This document shows, one piece after another, positions 33,890 through 48,558 of a stretch of DNA of 64,000 nucleotides; the stretch's first letter is position 1; the number at the start of each line of letters is the position of its first letter. Made by a program: the position numbers and the translations under genes. The notes beneath the pieces are model-generated. The model saw only the letters and a program-made list of their open reading frames with translations, made no database searches and was not told the origin of the DNA. The DNA is from the human T2T-CHM13v2.0 reference genome, Homo sapiens, in assembly GCF_009914755.1 (NCBI RefSeq), contig NC_060945.1. One strand, given 5' to 3'.

Positions 33890-34370
33890 CTCAGTATCCT
33901 ATTGCTACTGTAAAACAAATTACCACAAATTTTATGGCTTAGAACAAGACAAATTTATTTTCTTACAGTCTGAAAGTCAGAATTCTAAAATGGGTCAACA
34001 GGGCTGTGCTCCTTCTGGAGGCTCTAGTGGAGAATCTGTCTCTTGCCTTTTCCAGCTTCTAGAGGCTGCCCGCCTTCCTTGGCTTGTGGCCCCCTTCCAT
34101 CCTTAAAGCAATAACCAGGCAAGTCTTTCTCACATCACATTACTCTGACATAAACTCTTGCTTTCCTCTTCCACATTTAATGACCCTTGTGATCACAATG
34201 GGTCACCCAAATAATCCAAGATAATCTCTTAATGTTAAGGTCAGCTGATTAGCAAACATAATTTTATCTAGCACCTTAATTCTCACTTGCCATGTAACAT
34301 GACCTATTCCCAGGTTCCAGGAAGTAGGAGTTAGACATCTTTGAAGAGTCCGCTGCTCTGTCTACCAAAC
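33890..34370 (-). mobile_element. MLT1C/D-like LTR
   Basis: acaaattaccacaaa..ccttctggaggctctag..ataatccaagataatctc. Confidence 0.75.
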
Positions 34371-34919
34371 TACCCACCCAGAACATGCCAGGAAAGAGGT
34401 GTGTTCTTCCTCAACTATGAAGGCTAATGTGGGGGATTCTGTCACTAGTTTGTCATGTCATATGGCTGCAACCATAAAGCTGGGAACCTGTCCCTGATCA
34501 CTTCAGGAGAATAGCAAATACTTCCCTAATCATGATCCTTAAAAGCCTCAAAGTCCAGAGGTGAAGTCACTATCCCAAAATCTAACACCTCACCCTATCA
34601 GGTTGCTGCGACCTGCCTCAGAATGTGAATGGCAACAGCAAGACTTCATTCCTGCTGCTGTCCTTGAGCACATCAATTTTTTCCAATAAACGTTAATCCA
34701 GCAAGTGTGGTGCTATTATTTGCTCCATGGAAACCAACTATAGCTTAGTGCTTAAAGCAATCAATCATGGTCAAACACAATGCTTAGACCCTGCTCTATT
34801 AGATAATTTTGGTGAGGGTAAGAAGGTGCTTAATGCTCTGAAAAATTAAATTAAAAGTTTTGTTACAAAAGATAGTAATGCTGTAATGGCAAAGAGAACA
34901 ACAGCAACAACAGAAAAAA

Positions 34920-34924
<5 letters not shown>

Positions 34925-34970
<46 letters not shown>
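34925..34970. repeat. (CA)n microsatellite, ~23 units
   Basis: Seen directly. Confidence 0.95.
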
Positions 34971-34972
<2 letters not shown>

Positions 34973-36286
34973 CATCCAGAACCCATATTCACAGAACCCA
35001 GAGAGACAGGAGCAATAAGGCTGATTTTGCAATCGGCTGCAGCAAAAATGGGTTACATCCAGCTGCTTTCATTGGGATGAAACAAAAAATTATCTTACTA
35101 CCCTTGTGGTACCTGGGCTTCCTATACCCCAAAATTAGTTACACAGGTAGCTGCTTCTAGAACCATGTTTGCATGCTGTATAACAGATTCTTTAATAATA
35201 TGCAGCCTATCCTGGATTTGCTTGCTCATCCTTGGGCACTTACATGGTCTCAGGATATTTAACTCCCTGCAAGATTATGTTTGTATTTGCACACATTTTA
35301 TTCTTCATAGAAGGCCGAAGTTGCTTACAGACTAACTCATATGTATCTTTTCTCCATATGAGGTTGAATCTTCTATTTTCCACAAATTGACCCAATGGGG
35401 ATAGAATGTCTTGAATTCTTTCATGTCATTTCTCAATTAGAATAATTTGTGGATTCAGTTTTCAAGTATGATGGTAAAGTGGCATGTACATTTAGTAAGA
35501 GTGGTTCATTTAATGGTTAGAGATACAAGAAGAAAGAACAATGGCCTTCAGGATTTAAGCCTGTCAGATTCAGATTACAGAGAACCAAGAGAGTTAATGG
35601 TGTAAGTCTCAATCTAGGGACAGTAGATGTATGTCCCCGCTCAAACCATCAGTCAGAGAACAAATTCTTCCTTCCTCCACTTTTTGTTCTATCTAGGCTT
35701 TGAAAAGACTGCATGATGCCCACCTACATGGAGAAGGCCAAATTACTTTACTCAATCAACCAATTCCAATGTGAATTTTACCCAGGAACATCATCACAAG
35801 CTACCTAGAAATAATGTTTCATAACATATCTGGGCCTCTGTGGCACTGTCAAACTGACACATCAAATTAACCATCACAGTGGCAATGCAATATTTTTAAA
35901 TGAACAAAGAAGGCAGTAAATTATAATCATTAGAAATTTTAGTCCTTCCTGATATAGTTCTTGTTATTTAACTTAAAACAAGCCAGGATCATAAGAGGCA
36001 GCATAAACACACTAAGTTAACAGGTGTTGAAGAATCAAAGATTCATAAGGTGATGCAAAATGAAACTGCTATCTGAGTAGGATATATAAAAGATAAAGAA
36101 TAATTCTTTATTCTTCGTGTGGAGCTCAGGCTTAGATCATTTTTAGTTATGATTCTTTTCTATTATAGTTAAGCTATTTTGTTTATTATCAATAAAGCAG
36201 TTTTTTGTGTGTGTGTCTGTGTGTGTATACAGTACTATATTACATGAGAACTTTTCACACAATAAACTTTAGTTTAAAATATATTG

Positions 36287-36593
<307 letters not shown>

Positions 36594-37332
36594 TTAAAAG
36601 CAACTATACATTAGAGCAAGGGACTAGGAGCAGGGTAGCACTTGACAGCCTGGGCTTGTCCTAGTGACCCTGCTTCCCACTCTCCCCAGACGAAGGCTCT
36701 GACCATTCCTTTCCTCCAAGAAAAAACTCCTGGCTCCTGAGCATGGCTACAGGACCTTGGGATTTGTTTTTAACTGTAAACCTCACGTTTTGGTCCTTGC
36801 AGCTTGCTAAAGACACCCCAGGGATAGGACAAAGCATCCAAGCGATAGAGCGCCAAGGCCAGGCCTTCATATCTAGGCCTATTTTTCAGAGAAAATAAAG
36901 TGGGAGCCTGTCTAGACCATCTTTATCTTTTAATTGGGATCTCAGATATATTTTTCCAAGCTTAATGTTATTTACCTGAACATTTGTGTACAAATGGCCT
37001 TTAATATATATCCAGATAGATGACCTATCCAGATATGGCCTTTTATATATCCAGATAGATAGATAGATATAAAATAAGCATCCTGTTATAAAACTGCCAA
37101 CACAATGTGGCATCACCACAGCCTAGTATGACATTCCAGGGATGAGCAGCTTGTGTGAGGCAGTGCCTATCCAGTTAGCCACCCTGCTGAGGATGTACCT
37201 CAATTAGAACTTTTGTGTGTGTGACATTGCCTTCTAAAGACATTCTAGCAGTGTGGTGTTGGTGTATGGTGTGGGAAACACCAAAGACCTTTCCTACCAG
37301 AATAATTTGTAACCCTCCATGTGAGCACACAG

Positions 37333-37756
37333 TGTATTCACCATTTTTGTATTGCTCTAAAGAAATACCTGGGACTGAGTAATTCAGAAAAAAAAAAGAG
37401 GTTTAATTGGCTTATGGTTCTGCAGACTGTACAGAAAGCATAGCACCAGCACGTGCTTCTGGGGAGGCCTCAGGAAGCTTCCAATCATGACAGAAGGCAA
37501 ATGGGGAGCAGGCACATCCCATGGTAGAGCACGAGAGAGAGACAGAGCTGTCAGGGGAGGTGCCACACATTTTTAAATGACCAGATCTCATGTGAACTCA
37601 GAGCGAGAGCTCACTTATCACCAAGGGGATGTCCCATCCCATTCATGAGGGATCCACCCCCATGATCCAAGCACCTCCAAATAGGCCCCACCTCCAACAA
37701 TAGGGATTACAATTCAACATAAGATTTGGGCAGGGAAAAATATCCAAACTATATCA
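37333..37756 (-). mobile_element. MSTA/B solo LTR
   Basis: Homologous to the LTRs at 1339 and 30993. Confidence 0.85.
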
Positions 37757-39131
37757 CAAACCTAGGAGGCTCTCCCATTATCACGTTGGGAACCTGCATT
37801 TAAATTAGAAGATGAGAAGAAACATCTGGGGTTTGTACCCAATTCCCTTACACTGGCATTGAGAGAAAGCTAGTAATACATCTATTATCTTGTCACTACC
37901 CAAGAGATGGTACTCAGAAAACTGAACACTTGGGCACCAAACTTTGAGGAAATGATCACTTCATGTAAATGAGGTTATCCCAACAGAAAGATAATTTACA
38001 TCTCCGAACATCAAACGGCTCTTTGGGGTTCCAGTTATATTCCCGCTGTGTAATATATGCTAATTCCTAGAGTGGAGGACCCATACTGGCAACAGCGGTG
38101 ACCTGAGCCCTGGGGCCTGATGATCCGGCACCGTGGATATTTGCTTGCTCTGCTTTGAGGAAGAAGGTATCTGTGGTAGAACAAGATTCTGATTTATATC
38201 AAGCTATATTCCTAAGATCTCTCTCATTACTTATCCTTGGTCTCCTTTGGATCATCAGGTCCTCAACAAGAGGTGAAATTATTTGTAAAGAGACATTAAA
38301 GAGCTTATGTTACTTTTAAGTCACGTATGGTTCGTTTCTCACCCGGTTTAACCACTATGGGCAGTTCCATTTTACTGGCAACAGGGAAGTTTACTACCAT
38401 AGAAAATTAGAGTTAGCAAAAGTATTCCTCCCACAGTTCTGTTTGCTGATTTTCTCAGAAACTGCCCTCTTACTGCCTACAGAATATAAAATCAGAAGGA
38501 ACACCGTGGTTATTACCATGTAAATTCTTAAGACAGAGCCAGGCTCATTAATTTCCAGGAACACAACTAAAGCTACTGCGGTTGAAATATAGTAAAAATG
38601 AAAAATGCACAAATGAAGTCTGAAGGGTAAAGTGGGACCCAGATGCTGTAAAACTGCAGATCAGGTTGGAGTTTACTTTTATCCTCAGTGCTATGGCAAG
38701 CTATGGCAGAATTTCAGGTAAGAATGTGGCATCAGAGTTAGGTTTTTAAAAGACCACCCTGGCTATGTATGCATTATGGGAGGAAAAGGGAAGGAAGCAC
38801 GACAATTGTCTAAGCAAAAGAGGATGGTGGTTTGGACTAGGGTAGTAGCAGTAGAGATGGACAGATGTAGGTGGAATCAGGCCATGGTTTAGAGGTAGAG
38901 TCTATACAATTCTTAATGAACTGGATATGTGGAGTGACAGAAAGTAAGAAATAACAGGTGCCCGAACGATAAAGTAGAAGGTGGCAGCAACTACTGAGAT
39001 GATCAAGATCAGGGAGAAATAAATTTGACCATATAAATCAAGAGTTCTACCAGCTGCCACCCTGAAAATCAATTTCTGTTATTCTTCAAGTAGGGGCATT
39101 CATAAGTCAATATAATTTTATTAATCAATAT

Positions 39132-39543
39132 TGTATTAGTCCATTCTCACACTGCTATTAAAGAAATACCTGAGACTGGGTAATTTACAAAGAAAAGAGG
39201 TTTAATTGGCTCATGGTTCTGCAGGTTGTCCAGAAAGCATGGTGCATCTGCTTCTGGGGAGGCCTCAGGAACTTCCAATCATAATGGAAGGGGAAGGCAG
39301 AGCAGCCACATCACAGGTGAAAGCAGAAGCAAGAGAGTGAGGTGGGAGGTGCTACATACTTTTAAATGACCAGATTTCATAAGAATGTACTCACTGTCAT
39401 GAGGACAGAACCAAGGGAGATGGTGCTAAACCATTCATGAGAACTCTACCCCATGATCCAATCACCTCCCACCAGGCCCTACCTCCAAGGGGATTATATT
39501 TCAATATGAGATTTGGGTAGCGACATATATCCAAACTATATAA
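39132..39543 (-). mobile_element. MSTA solo LTR
   Basis: tgtattagtccattctcacactgctatt...ccaaactata. Confidence 0.85.
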
Positions 39544-39907
39544 AGATATGCCAAATATACCAAACACTGTATTTATTAACATTCATAGACCCTTAATTTG
39601 TTGAGTCAAAATTGCACCCCTGTTTAGGTCATCTTTGAATATATACACTTGCTATTCTTCTGTTGGCCTCCTGTTTCCTAGCAAAGTTAATTTAATTCAG
39701 AATTTATTGATTAACTACCTTGCACCTAACACTAAATACTATGCTAAGTATTATGAGGAATAGTAATTTAGTAAATAAAACATGAATCCAGTTCTTGAAC
39801 ATGTTACATTTATGTTAGCAAGATAAAAACAAACACTGATAATGCAGCTCAATAAGAAAATCAAATGATATAGTATGAAATGCAACAGTTAATAATAGAG
39901 AAATCTG

Positions 39908-40212
39908 GGCCAGATGCAGTGATTTATGCCTGTAATTCCAGCACTTTAGGTGGCTGAGGTAGGAGGCTCACTTGAGGCCACGAGTTCAAGACCAGCCTGG
40001 GCAGCATAATAAAACCCTGTCTCTACAAAGAATAAAAATTTAAAAAAAAATTGGTTGGGCATGGTGGCACATGCTTGTAGTCCTAGCTACATGTGAGGCT
40101 GAGATGGGAGGATCACTTAAGGCTAGGAATGTGATGTTTCAGCGAGCTATGATTGTGCCACTGCACTCATCCTGGGTGACAGAGAGAGACCCTGTCTCTA
40201 AAATAATAATAA
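39908..40212 (+). mobile_element. AluJ with TSD core AGAAATCTG
   Basis: Alu consensus and repeated flank. Confidence 0.9.
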
Positions 40213-41136
40213 AGAAATCTGACCATCAGTGCCATAAGAGTTTGGACAAAAAGTTTAGACTATGAAAGCTGGATAAGTCAGGGAAGATTTTTTTAGAAGA
40301 ATAAATATATAGAACTCCAACAAAGAGCTGTGTTCAAAATACAGGATAGAAATCAGCATGACTAAAGTTTTGTTCTCTGATGATATCAAAGATATTGGTC
40401 ACTTCTACAAAAAAAAAAAAAGAATTTTAACTACACATTCCTTTGAGGCTTGAAGAAAACGTGGGAAACTGAGATATTCCTTTTGTGTTTATCTACCTGA
40501 AAGCATTTTGTTATTTCAGAGATAACTGAGCCTGGAACTTATATAGATGCATACGTTTTCTGTAAAATAGAATAATGTCAAGTGACCTCTTGGGTATGTT
40601 TGTATTAGTTTCGTAATGCATTTGTTTACACGAATGATAATCTTGAAGCTCAAGGTTAGCTCATTTCCACAGTTTACTGCCCCTATTCATGCTACTCCCT
40701 TGGATTCACTTTGTCCCACACCCTAAACCTAGCACCGGGATAAGTTTAAAATTATATTCAACAGAATTAACATTAGAATGCTGTTCTTAAAACAGACCTG
40801 GAGATGCAAAAAAGGATTTAAAAGGCCATTGGGATAGCTGAATAATTTAAAAATAAAGCTTGGTAAAAAGAAAACTGAAATTATTGTATTTATTACAAAA
40901 AGCATACACACCTGTAGAAATCATAGATGAGGCCCCTACAGAGACTGGTGAGATGCTTCTGAGCAAGGACCCATGAGGGTTGCAATTGCCCAGAGGTATA
41001 GAGGATACCATTCTGAGGTCTCCAAAGATGGTCCTCACCCCTGTATGTTTCCCCTATAAATACTTTTAAAAACCTGAAAAAAATGAAAAAGAAGAATACA
41101 AAAAGAAAGCCAAAAACCACTTTCATAGTCAGAGAG

Positions 41137-43330
41137 TGTTGTGGACTGAATTGTACCTCCCCTCACCTAATTCATATGTTGAAGCCCTGACCCCCAATAT
41201 GATTGTATTTGGAGACAGGGCTTTTAGAATTAAGGTTAAAATGAGGTCAGAAGGATGGTGTTCTAATCCAATAGGACTGGTGCCCTCATAGGAGGAGGAA
41301 GAGAGAGATCTCTCTCTCTAAATGCACACACTGAGGAAATTCCACATGAGCCCATAATGAGAAGGTGGCCATCTGCAAGTCAGGAAGAAAGCATTTCCTA
41401 GGCATCTAACCAGCTGGCACTTTGGTCTTAGACTTCCCATACTCCAGAACTATGAGAAGTAAATTTCTGTCTTTTAACCACTCAGTCTATCATATTTTGT
41501 TATGGAAACCCTAACGGGTTAATACAGGTTTTGATGCCAAGAAATGGAATGCTGCTATAACAAATACCTAAAAATGTTGAAGCAGCTTTGGAATTGAGTA
41601 GTGTGTAGGGGCTAGAAGAGTGTTAAGGTCCATGCTAGAAATACAGACATTAAAAGCAATTTCTGGTGAGGTTTCATACGGAAATAGAGAGTTGGAAAGA
41701 AAGCTTCGATCTTCTCAGTGAAAAGGTAAATACACATAAAGAGAACGTTGGCAGAAATATAGATGTTAACAGATATTCTGGTGAGGTCTCAAATGAAAAT
41801 GGGGAACATTTTATTGGAAACTGAAGAAAAAGTTACCCTTGTTACATAGTGGCAAGGAACTTGGCTGAATTGTGCTCATGTTCTAGTGTTTTGTGGAAGA
41901 CAGAACTTGAAAGCAATGAAACTGGATAGTTAACAGAGAATTTTTCTAAGCAGAGTGTTGAAGAAGTGGCTTTGTTCCTCCTGGCTGGTTTTAGGAATAT
42001 GTGAAAGGAGAGAGATTAATTGAAGAAGGGATTGTTGAGAAAAAAAGAACCAGACTTGAATATTAGGAAAATTCTCAGCCTACCCATACCGCAAAAAATG
42101 AGAAAGCATGCTCTGAAGAGAACATCAAAGTGTAGCTGGATTATCACCTCATAAAGAGCTAATGAGATTATATGAGTAAAAACATTTTCATTTTTAACTG
42201 AAGGGAACAGAGATGGAACAAAATGAAGGAAAGCTATTGAACTTCTTGGATTTGACAAGACAATAGAGCTATTTGGCTGCACACATACGCTATTCTTAAA
42301 GAAGAGGGGAAAATGACCCTGCAGGGAATCCAGAGGTCATCAGGGCTGCCACCTTGGTTTCTAAAGGTCAGATGGTCTCCACCTGAAGTCTTGGAGGCGA
42401 GACCTCCAACTAGAGCCATTGGGGTGATGCTGCCATCCCACTGGGTCTGAAGGACAGAGCATCAAACCAAAGAGGATTGTTCTTGAGCCTTTAGACCTAA
42501 TGGAGTTTGACTCACTAGATTTTTGGACTTGCTTGGGACCTATCACCTCTTCCTTCTTTTCTACTTCTCTTTTTTGAAATGGAAATGTTTACCCTATTCC
42601 TGTCTAACCATTGAATTCTGGAAGCACATAACTTATCTGACTTGCCCAGGTTCACATCTGGAAAGGAATTTTGCCTCGTGATGAATCACAGCTGGAGTCT
42701 TATCCATATCTGATTTGTAGGACATTTAGATGAGACTTTGGACTTTATGTTGGACTTTTGTGGGCTATTGAGTTAAAATATATATTTTTTGCATGTGAGA
42801 AGGAAGTAAATTTGGGAGGCCATGGGCAATATGCTATGATCTAAATTGTGTTCCCCCACAACGTTGGTGTTCCTACCATCAACGGTGGATTGGATAAAGA
42901 AAATGTGATATATATACACCATGGAATATTATGCAGCTATAAAAAGAAAAAATCATATCTATTGCACAACATGAATGCAGCTGGAGGCCATTATCTTAAG
43001 CAATCACCAATAAAGCCCTAATCACCAACAGAAATTTGGAGATGGGGCTTTTAGGAGGTAATCAATGAGGTTATAAGGCTAGGGCCCTAATCTAAACAGG
43101 AGTAGTGGCATTATAAAGATAGGGAGAGAGGTGGGTATATCTCTCCACATGCACCCACCAAGGAAAGGTCATATGAGAACATAGCAAGAAGGTGGTTGTC
43201 TGCAGGAAGAAAGTGCTCACCTAGAACTGAATCAGCACCTTGATCTTAGGCTTCCTGCCTCCAGAACTGTGAGCAATAAATTTCTGTTATTTAAGTCATA
43301 GTATTTTGTGACAGTCCTAGGACTAATTCA
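41137..43330 (+). mobile_element. MLT1A-like MaLR: LTR (41137-41526), internal region, LTR (~42832-43330)
   Basis: Two homologous LTRs; internal region starts ..gctataacaaatacctaaaaatgttgaagcagctttggaa. Confidence 0.8.
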
Positions 43331-43439
43331 ATGAGCAATATGAGAGTATCACTGAGTTCTCAGCTTGGTTCCAGGTGCCTGACTTATACATGTTGGTCTT
43401 CAGGCAGAAAAAGAACACAAGAATAGACACTGCTGTCTC

Positions 43440-44835
43440 AAACTGTAAAAATTTTAGAAGTAAACCTAGATATCAAATTGGCAAAGAATTTGTGGCAAAG
43501 TCCTCAAAAGCAGTTGCAACAAAAGCAAAAATTGACAAATGGGACATAACTAAATTAAAGAGCTTCTGCACAGCAAAAGAAACTATCAACAGAGTAAACA
43601 GATGATAGAATGGGAGAAAATATCTGCAAACTATGCTTCTGACAAAGGTCTAATATCCATAATCTAAAAGGAACTTAAACAAGTCAATGAGCAAAAACAA
43701 CCCCATTAAAAAGTGGGTAAAGGACATGAACAGACACTTCTCAAAAGAAGTCATACAAGCAGACAACAAACATATGAAAAAATGTTCATCACCACTAATC
43801 ATCAGAGAATGCAACTCAAAGCCACAATGAGATACCATATCACACCAGTCAGAATGGCTATTACTATAAAGCCCCAAAATAATAGATGTTGGTGAGGCTG
43901 CAGAAAACAAGGGAATGACTATACACTGTTTATGGGGATGTAAATTAGTTCAGCCACTGTAGAAAGCAGTTTGGATATCTCTTAAAGAACTAAAAATAGA
44001 ACTACCATTCAACCCAGCAATCCCATTCTGAGTATATACCCAAAGGGAAATAAATTGTTCTACCAAAAAGGCACATGCACTTGTATGTTCACTCCAGCAC
44101 TATTCACAATAACAAAAACATGAAATCTACCTAGATGTCCATCAATGGTGGATTGGATAAAGAAAATATGATATATACACACCATGGAATACTATGCAGC
44201 TGTTTAAAAAACCAAAATCGTATCTTTTGCACAACATGGATGCAGCTGGAGGCCATTATCTTAAGCAAATTAATGCAGAAACAGAAAATCACCTACTACA
44301 TGTTCTCACTTGTAAGTGGGAAATAAACATTAAGTACACAGGGCCGGGCATGGTGGCTTATGCCTGTAATCCTAGCACTTAGAGAGGCCGAGGCGGGTGG
44401 GTTACTTGAGGCCAGGAGTTCAAGACCAGCCTGGCCAACATGGAGAAACCCTGCCTCTACTTAAAAATACAAAAATTAGCCTGGCGTGGTGGTGCACACC
44501 TGTAGTCCCAGCCACTCGGGAGGCTGAGGCATGAGAATTGCTTCAGCCTGGGAGGCAGAGGTTGCAGTGAGCACTCCAGTCCAGGCGACAGAGCAAGACT
44601 TTGTCTCAAAAAAAAGCGGGGGGTACACATGGACATAAAAATGGGAATAATATACACTGGAGACTACAAGATAGGGGAGGGAGGGAGCGCAGCATGGGAT
44701 GAAAAATTGCTTAGTAGGTATTATGCTCACTACCTGCGTGATGGGTTTAATTGTACCCCAAACCTCAGCATCACACAATATACCCTTATAACAAATCTGC
44801 ACATGTACTCCCTGAATATAAAAGTTGAAAAAAAT
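43440..44835 (+). mobile_element. 5'-truncated L1PB-like element with an AluS at ~44342-44615
   Basis: ORF2 C-terminus ([18 protein letters not shown]), 3'UTR, TSD AATAGACACTG on both sides. Confidence 0.88.
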
Positions 44836-46387
44836 AATAGACACTGTTGGTGCTCAGAGAAGTCTCCCCAGTTATTTCAGAGAGGAAGGGGGTGGGAAAG
44901 ACAGTGTAGAGTAATTTACTACAGGTGACTCATCAATTCACAAACTGAACCTTTAGACACTGAGCCAGGCCAGCTGAAATAAGAATATGGTTGAGGTCAG
45001 ATACTGAGGGAAGTGAGTGCTATGGGGGGGCAGGTGGAGGAATTTTCTCTATATGTGATGTGATGATGATGACATCTATATGGAAGCAGAATGGTTCCCT
45101 TCCAAGGTTGTTCAAGAACCAAAATATTTTGAGAATCTTCGTCCTTTCCCCAGAACCTAACTTTTCCTCCATTATATGAAAATTTCCAAAAGACTGTGAA
45201 AACCTACCTTCCCAAAATGTTCAAATGAAGAAAATGAGCCAAGAGCAAAATCTCTACACTACCAAAAACTTTAAATTTTATGAAAAAAGTTATCTATGGA
45301 AGGCAGTGTATGTATAGACAAAAGAATTCTTAAGAGGCATTTGATGAGTATAAATGACTAAACAATTAGAGCATAGCTAAAAAGAGTCTGTAACTCACTG
45401 CAGAAAACACTAGTCTCCTTTGCAGAGGTTTGACTTTATTCCAGTGTTCCTTATGAAGGGGTGAATGGGAAAGATAAGGTTGAAAGGTTCATTCTCTCTA
45501 ATTTGTAAATTTCATCTATTTGATAGAAAGAGAGAGAAAAAAAGCCACTCCTTTGCCCTCTGAAGGGAAAGGCATCCCAGCATTTAAGAGTATCACATAA
45601 CACTCCAAAGCAGCAACCCATTTACAGAGGAAACATGAGTGAAAACAACATAGGCCAGAATTGGGCTTCCAAATGTTATAAACAGTGAAAGGAATAAAAA
45701 TTAAATTATGATAGGAAAAAATTCTCTGATGCTTTGTTTGTGAAAAATAAAAACAAACACTCTTCATGAAATCTGAACATCTTATGAAGGCTACATTTTT
45801 TTAGCCTCAGGCATTAATTATGGTTGCGCCACTGATGGAGTCCAAAGGAAGCCAATTCAATCCACTTCATCCTCAGGGATGGAGAGCAACCACAAGTTTA
45901 CAAAATAATTAATTATCTCCAGGTTATTGTACAACAGGGTAAACAGTGAACTGAAACCCTGTACCACAATAAATAAGCTGGTCAAGGCTGAAATGTGGGT
46001 CTATTTCTTCACTCACCATCTCTGTCTTACATTCTTCCAAAGGGCTGAACTTCAAGATCGTTGAGTACTAAACCTCCAGAAACTATTTTTATTTTTTTCT
46101 ACCACTTTTTTTTTTTTAAGGAGAGAGATTGGAGGCTGGTTCCTAATCATTCCCTGTGATTATTGTAGGTTTCTGTAGAATTTCATGAAACTATGATGTT
46201 TTTAGCAAGACTTTGTCATTGATCTGTAGCTGTGCCAGTTGTCACAATCTATTCATCATTATTGATAATAAGTAATATCAAGAAGTACCACTCTTATCTG
46301 GAAGGTCATTGATGTGAGCTGCTCGGTCTCTGGAGGGTAAGATGAGGGATGAGAACACCAGCCCCATCAGCCCTGGAGACACATCCA

Positions 46388-47267
<880 letters not shown>

Positions 47268-47310
47268 TGGAGCAGGTACTTTTTATCCATCACCTTATTT
47301 AATCATCATA

Positions 47311-47710
47311 TCCCTCTTAGTCTGCTAGGGTTGCCATAAGAAAATACCATAGACTGGATGGCTGATACAACAACAATTTATTTTCTCACATTCTGGAGGC
47401 TAGAAAGTTCCAGATCAAGGTCCTGCAGGGTTCGGTTTCTGGTGAGGACTCTCTTCCTGGCTTACAGGAAACCACCATCCCATTGTGTGCTCACATGACC
47501 TCTGCTTTGACTGATTTCTGAGAGAAAGGGAATTCTGGTGTCTCTTCCTCTTCTCATAAGAGCACTAGCTCTATGGGATTAGTGATCCACCCTTTTGACC
47601 TCATTTAACCTTTATCACCTCCTCACAGGCCCTATCTCCAAATGGGGATAACATTGGGGATCAGGGCTTCAACATATAAAGTTGAAGAGAACATGATTCA
47701 GTCTATAGTA
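47311..47710 (-). mobile_element. MLT1A/MST-like LTR
   Basis: aatttattttctcacattctggaggctagaaag..gacctcatttaacct. Confidence 0.75.
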
Positions 47711-48199
47711 ATCCCTGATGGGAGACATCATTATTGTCATTTACAGGAAGCTGAGACATAAAAAGTTTAACGTTCAGATTCCACAGCTAGAATTAGTGTA
47801 AAATGCAGGTGTATTTGACTCCTAAAACCCATTTATCCATCCACTATTCTGGGTGTCTCAAACTGGGACCTAAAATGCGGAGGTTTGCACATGACCTGAA
47901 ATTACTTCCACCACTGGGAGAAGGGAGGATTGAGCAATTTCCTGTTTCTATTAAAGTGCATTATACAAACTTGTCATTCTGGGGATGAAAGGTCACCCTA
48001 GAATTGCCTATGGGCAATTTCTTATAGTTCAACCTAGAATGAGAAATGGGAAATTCAGAAAGGCATTGTAGGCATCTGTAACCAGCAGAGGGACGTGCCC
48101 CACCTGGGTGGGGACCATGCATCCTTGCCACATGCCCCACTGCACAACTTCCCCAGCTCCTCAACGTCACATGGATCTGGAAAGCAGGGAGACTGGACT

Positions 48200-48435
48200 A
48201 CGGAGCCAGCCCTCCAGGGTTGGAACTGAGTTTGAATCTCAGCTTGACTACTTACTAGGATCTAAGGTAACATGTTTAATCTCTCTGTGCTCAGTTTCCT
48301 CATCTGGAAATAGAGATTATAATGCTCCTCCCTCATATGATCATAGTGAGGACTGAAAGAGTTAATGCATATAAGGAGTGTTAGGACAGGATCTGGCACA
48401 TGGTAAATGCTTTATAAGTGTTAGTTGTTATCATC
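48200..48435 (+). mobile_element. MIR
   Basis: Core ctcagtttcctcatctggaaa..tggcacatggtaaatgct. Confidence 0.8.
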
Positions 48436-48548
48436 ATGATTATTCTTGTTTGAATTATAAGAGAAAAAGCATGTATCTTAAGAATAGAGGGTTTTAAAAT
48501 GCTCCCAAGTTCCTTAACCAACCTGAGCCATCTGTAAATTAAGTACTA

Positions 48549-48558
48549 TGGGATTTCC
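48549..48558 (+). promoter_or_regulatory. NF-kB site TGGGATTTCC, ~1150 nt upstream of the TSS
   Basis: Near-consensus kB motif in unique sequence, at the position I recall for a described distal BIC kB site. Confidence 0.6.
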
